27,206 nt of DNA from Chlamydiia bacterium (GTDB lineage Bacteria > Chlamydiota > Chlamydiia > Chlamydiales > JBMOFD01): contig JBMOFD010000018.1 in NCBI GenBank assembly GCA_049314435.1, forward strand, positions 1 to 27,206, given 5' to 3'. Numbering within the stretch: the stretch's first letter is position 1; each line of letters starts with the position of its first letter. The position numbers and the translations under genes were made by a program. The notes under the pieces are model-generated. The model worked only from the letters and a program-made list of their open reading frames with translations, searched no databases and was not told where the DNA came from. This document shows positions 25,007 through 27,206 of the stretch, piece by piece.

Positions 25007-26083
25007 CTACCGTTTTTGAAGCTGATTATGAAAAGACGCGGCGCTGGGCCTAGCCAGAAGGCTCGATGTCGAAGCGCTGCCTGGACTCTTGAACGAGGCC
25101 AAGCTAAATCTGGCCGCTATTCTTGGGGCAACAACAGCCTCAACCTCTTGGCTCGCCACGATTCGCGGAATGGCAGGTGGCCGTTCCGCTGGATCGAAAT
25201 AAGTCCCTCTTGGCACGATGACGCTATCCAACAAAACGGCCTGCTCGAGTTGCGGGTTGGATCTGAACGGTTGAAGCGGAGCTTCCACGGAGAGTTCCCG
25301 CGTCGTGGACCGATCCTCGGAACTCAGACTCGTGGAGGAGACGCTTTCTCGATTTTGTAGGATTTCCGCGTCAAACTCGGGCGCGGCCCCAGCAGGCCTC
25401 GTCAACGGCATGACCTCTTCCACTCGGTTTCTCTCATCCCGAACGGAAAAGGAATCGGGTAGTTCGCCGATGCGAAGGGGCTTTTGGTTAGTACCTGTAA
25501 GACAGATCGTGCGACCCAGTCGCATCACAGAAAGGCCCTCAAAGGCCCGGACCGCTTCCAGATGACACAATTGGCTTGCCTCTGAGAGGTTCAGCCACCA
25601 AACAACGGACACCCTCTTGGACCCGCTCAGTGCAGGGACATCTTGGGGAAGGATCGTGACCAAGAGCTCCTCATCCTCCCTCTCCCCCTGACAGGTCAAC
25701 CACAGTTGTGGCTGCCACTGGTCACCTTCCGATGTGCTAGTGGCTGAGTCCCTAGCATCATGCAAAGGGATATGCACACGAACCCGATGGTGAAGATGAG
25801 CCTGGCGTCTTTTGGTAAAGCACCATCCGCCTGTACCCTTTGCCTTCCTGACCCCCTCAGCATCTGTAATGAACTCTTGCCACCCCGAATAGTGTTTAAA
25901 GACAGACTCAACGATGGCGCCTAACGGCTGTCCCTCCTCTCGCAATCGAATGCACAACCAAGCATCGGCGGAGAGCTTGGCCTCTCGACTGTTCTCACGA
26001 GTAACGACCACTCGCTTCTTGCCCTCAGGGCTCCTCCGAATCCAAGAGCCATATCCTGAAGAACCTGCCGGAGCCACTGTCAT
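25007..26083 (-). CDS. Hypothetical protein (358 aa), in frame with and 9 nt upstream of the giant FHA-like gene
   Basis: ATG 26083 with AGGAG SD and an upstream promoter; no recognised family; Ser/Pro-rich C-terminal third. Confidence 0.75.
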   Translation of the reverse strand: MTVAPAGSSGYGSWIRRSPEGKKRVVVTRENSREAKLSADAWLCIRLREEGQPLGAIVESVFKHYSGWQEFITDAEGVRKAKGTGGWCFTKRRQAHLHHRVRVHIPLHDARDSATSTSEGDQWQPQLWLTCQGEREDEELLVTILPQDVPALSGSKRVSVVWWLNLSEASQLCHLEAVRAFEGLSVMRLGRTICLTGTNQKPLRIGELPDSFSVRDERNRVEEVMPLTRPAGAAPEFDAEILQNRESVSSTSLSSEDRSTTRELSVEAPLQPFRSNPQLEQAVLLDSVIVPRGTYFDPAERPPAIPRIVASQEVEAVVAPRIAARFSLASFKSPGSASTSSLLARPSAASFHNQLQKR

Positions 26084-26113
26084 GATTAGTCTCCTGAAAC
26101 AAAAGCTGGGAAG

Positions 26114-26142
26114 ACTTTACAGAAAAAAACACATAGTTACAA
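26114..26142 (-). promoter_or_regulatory. Sigma70/sigma66-like promoter for the 358-aa/giant gene unit
   Basis: TTGTAA (26142-26137), 17-nt spacer, TAAAGT (26119-26114), AT-rich upstream region, 30 nt before the ATG. Confidence 0.55.
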
Positions 26143-26281
26143 CGTGATTTTAAAAACGTTTTATTTGGTTTGTTGAAATACGACAGCTATTGGCGGATGC
26201 TCGGCTCGTTCGCCCTTTCAAGGGTGAAGTGCAACGACTAGGGAGAAGACAAAAGTAGCGGCCCCGGGTCGAAACTTGGGG

Positions 26282-26315
26282 GCCGGCCACCCAGCCGAGG
26301 GGCTGGGTGGCCGGC
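26282..26315. repeat. Perfect GC-rich inverted repeat
   Basis: GCCGGCCACCCAGCC-GAGG-GGCTGGGTGGCCGGC, 15-bp perfect stem. Confidence 0.8.
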
Positions 26316-26351
26316 GCGGATAGTTTAGGCAATGCCGATCCAGCGGGATGA

Positions 26352-26385
26352 TGGTGGGAGGGACCGACCAACGGCCCTCCCACCA
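26352..26385 (-). terminator. Stem-loop just after the stop of the last ORF
   Basis: TGGTGGGAGGG/CCCTCCCACCA 11-bp perfect stem plus inner CCG/CGG, 6 nt after the stop at 26392; no U-tract. Confidence 0.55.
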
Positions 26386-26391
26386 GCGGAG

Positions 26392-27206
26392 TCACCTACC
26401 AGCACCATTTTGTCTGGCACGATGGTATGCAGCATCGTCGGCCTTCCAGATGGTCCATAGGCCCGTGAAGCCATTAAGCCAGGGGGAAGTTGCCCAACGC
26501 TTGACCCCCGTCCATCCATCCTTCAGCAGCTTTCTACTGGAGGCCGTAAACCCACATCCTTTGACGATTCCTACACATAGCTGGACTAGACCACGCAGTA
26601 GCTCAGATTTCAAATGATCCCATTTCGCCCGCAGCCATGCACCACAAGCTCTTTGTTGATCCTCGAGGTCGAGCACTCGAAGACAAGGAAGTGTGAGGAA
26701 AGAGGGCGAACGATAGACCGCTCTGGACAAAATCTTTGCCTGGTTTAGCGAGAGTTGCAACCTCTCCAAATTCGATCGATCTGCCCGCTCCAAGGCCTCT
26801 GCCGGCATCTTATTCCACAAATCGGAGAATAGTCTCTTAGCCTTAGCTTGCTGAACTGAACCATCAAGGTGTCCAGCTAGTTCTGCCAACGCCATGATGA
26901 CAGCCCCACGGTCGCAAGAAGCCGACCATTTGGTCCAACCCAAATGCTTAATGGTGCTCTCCTCTAGACCACACAGAAAACTCATGGGGACCTGCACAAC
27001 CACGTCCTCCCAACGAAATTCCTTTAGCCTATCCAAGATGAATGTGCATAAGTTACACAGCTGAATCACCTCACGGGGCCATGTGAATTGATTCCTGAAC
27101 AACTCGGCCCCCTCCGGGTCCGCCTTATATTCGTTCCAAAGCCTGTTGCATGTCTTCTGCGCATGATCCATGAGATGTGCCCAATCGACGAAAGTTGAAA
27201 ACTTCT
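26392..27206 (-). CDS. Hypothetical helical protein, probably 5'-truncated by the window edge
   Basis: Frame stays open upstream of ATG 27171 to the window end (KFSTFVDWAHL-MDHAQK); Trp/Leu-rich; no family recognised. Confidence 0.7.
   Translation of the reverse strand, partial: KFSTFVDWAHLMDHAQKTCNRLWNEYKADPEGAELFRNQFTWPREVIQLCNLCTFILDRLKEFRWEDVVVQVPMSFLCGLEESTIKHLGWTKWSASCDRGAVIMALAELAGHLDGSVQQAKAKRLFSDLWNKMPAEALERADRSNLERLQLSLNQAKILSRAVYRSPSFLTLPCLRVLDLEDQQRACGAWLRAKWDHLKSELLRGLVQLCVGIVKGCGFTASSRKLLKDGWTGVKRWATSPWLNGFTGLWTIWKADDAAYHRARQNGAGR

Noticed and set aside
25007..25009. Genome-wide TAG reassignment as the explanation for the in-frame amber
   Set aside because: The rlmI-like gene and both glycosyltransferases end in TAG at plausible C-termini, so TAG is a normal stop here.

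Overview
Bacterial genomic DNA, most likely from an environmental member of the Chlamydiota. SecG (VQESKSSGLGASFGGDAGDSIFGTSTPDVLRK) and TrxB ([32 protein letters not shown]) look chlamydia-type, although GC content seems high for the phylum by eye. Housekeeping genes: secG-rlmI-like-trxB on the minus strand and a secreted cyclophilin. Around them are accessory genes: two very large effector-like hypothetical proteins, one with a poly-Lys NLS-like stretch and one with HEPN-like motifs; a signal-peptide-bearing Ntn hydrolase (penicillin V acylase/choloylglycine hydrolase family); two tandem GT92-like glycosyltransferases; and an Inc-like hydrophobic protein. The most notable feature is a 2942-aa filamentous-haemagglutinin/CdiA-like protein ending in two tandem, mutually homologous ADP-ribosyltransferase-like domains. 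It has no visible Sec signal or TPS motif, and no adjacent TpsB or immunity gene. It is in frame with the upstream 358-aa ORF, separated only by a TAG and three sense codons. A 94-nt near-perfect palindrome lies upstream of secG. No rRNA, tRNA, CRISPR array or transposase was recognised. All family calls come from reading motifs by eye; no searches were run.
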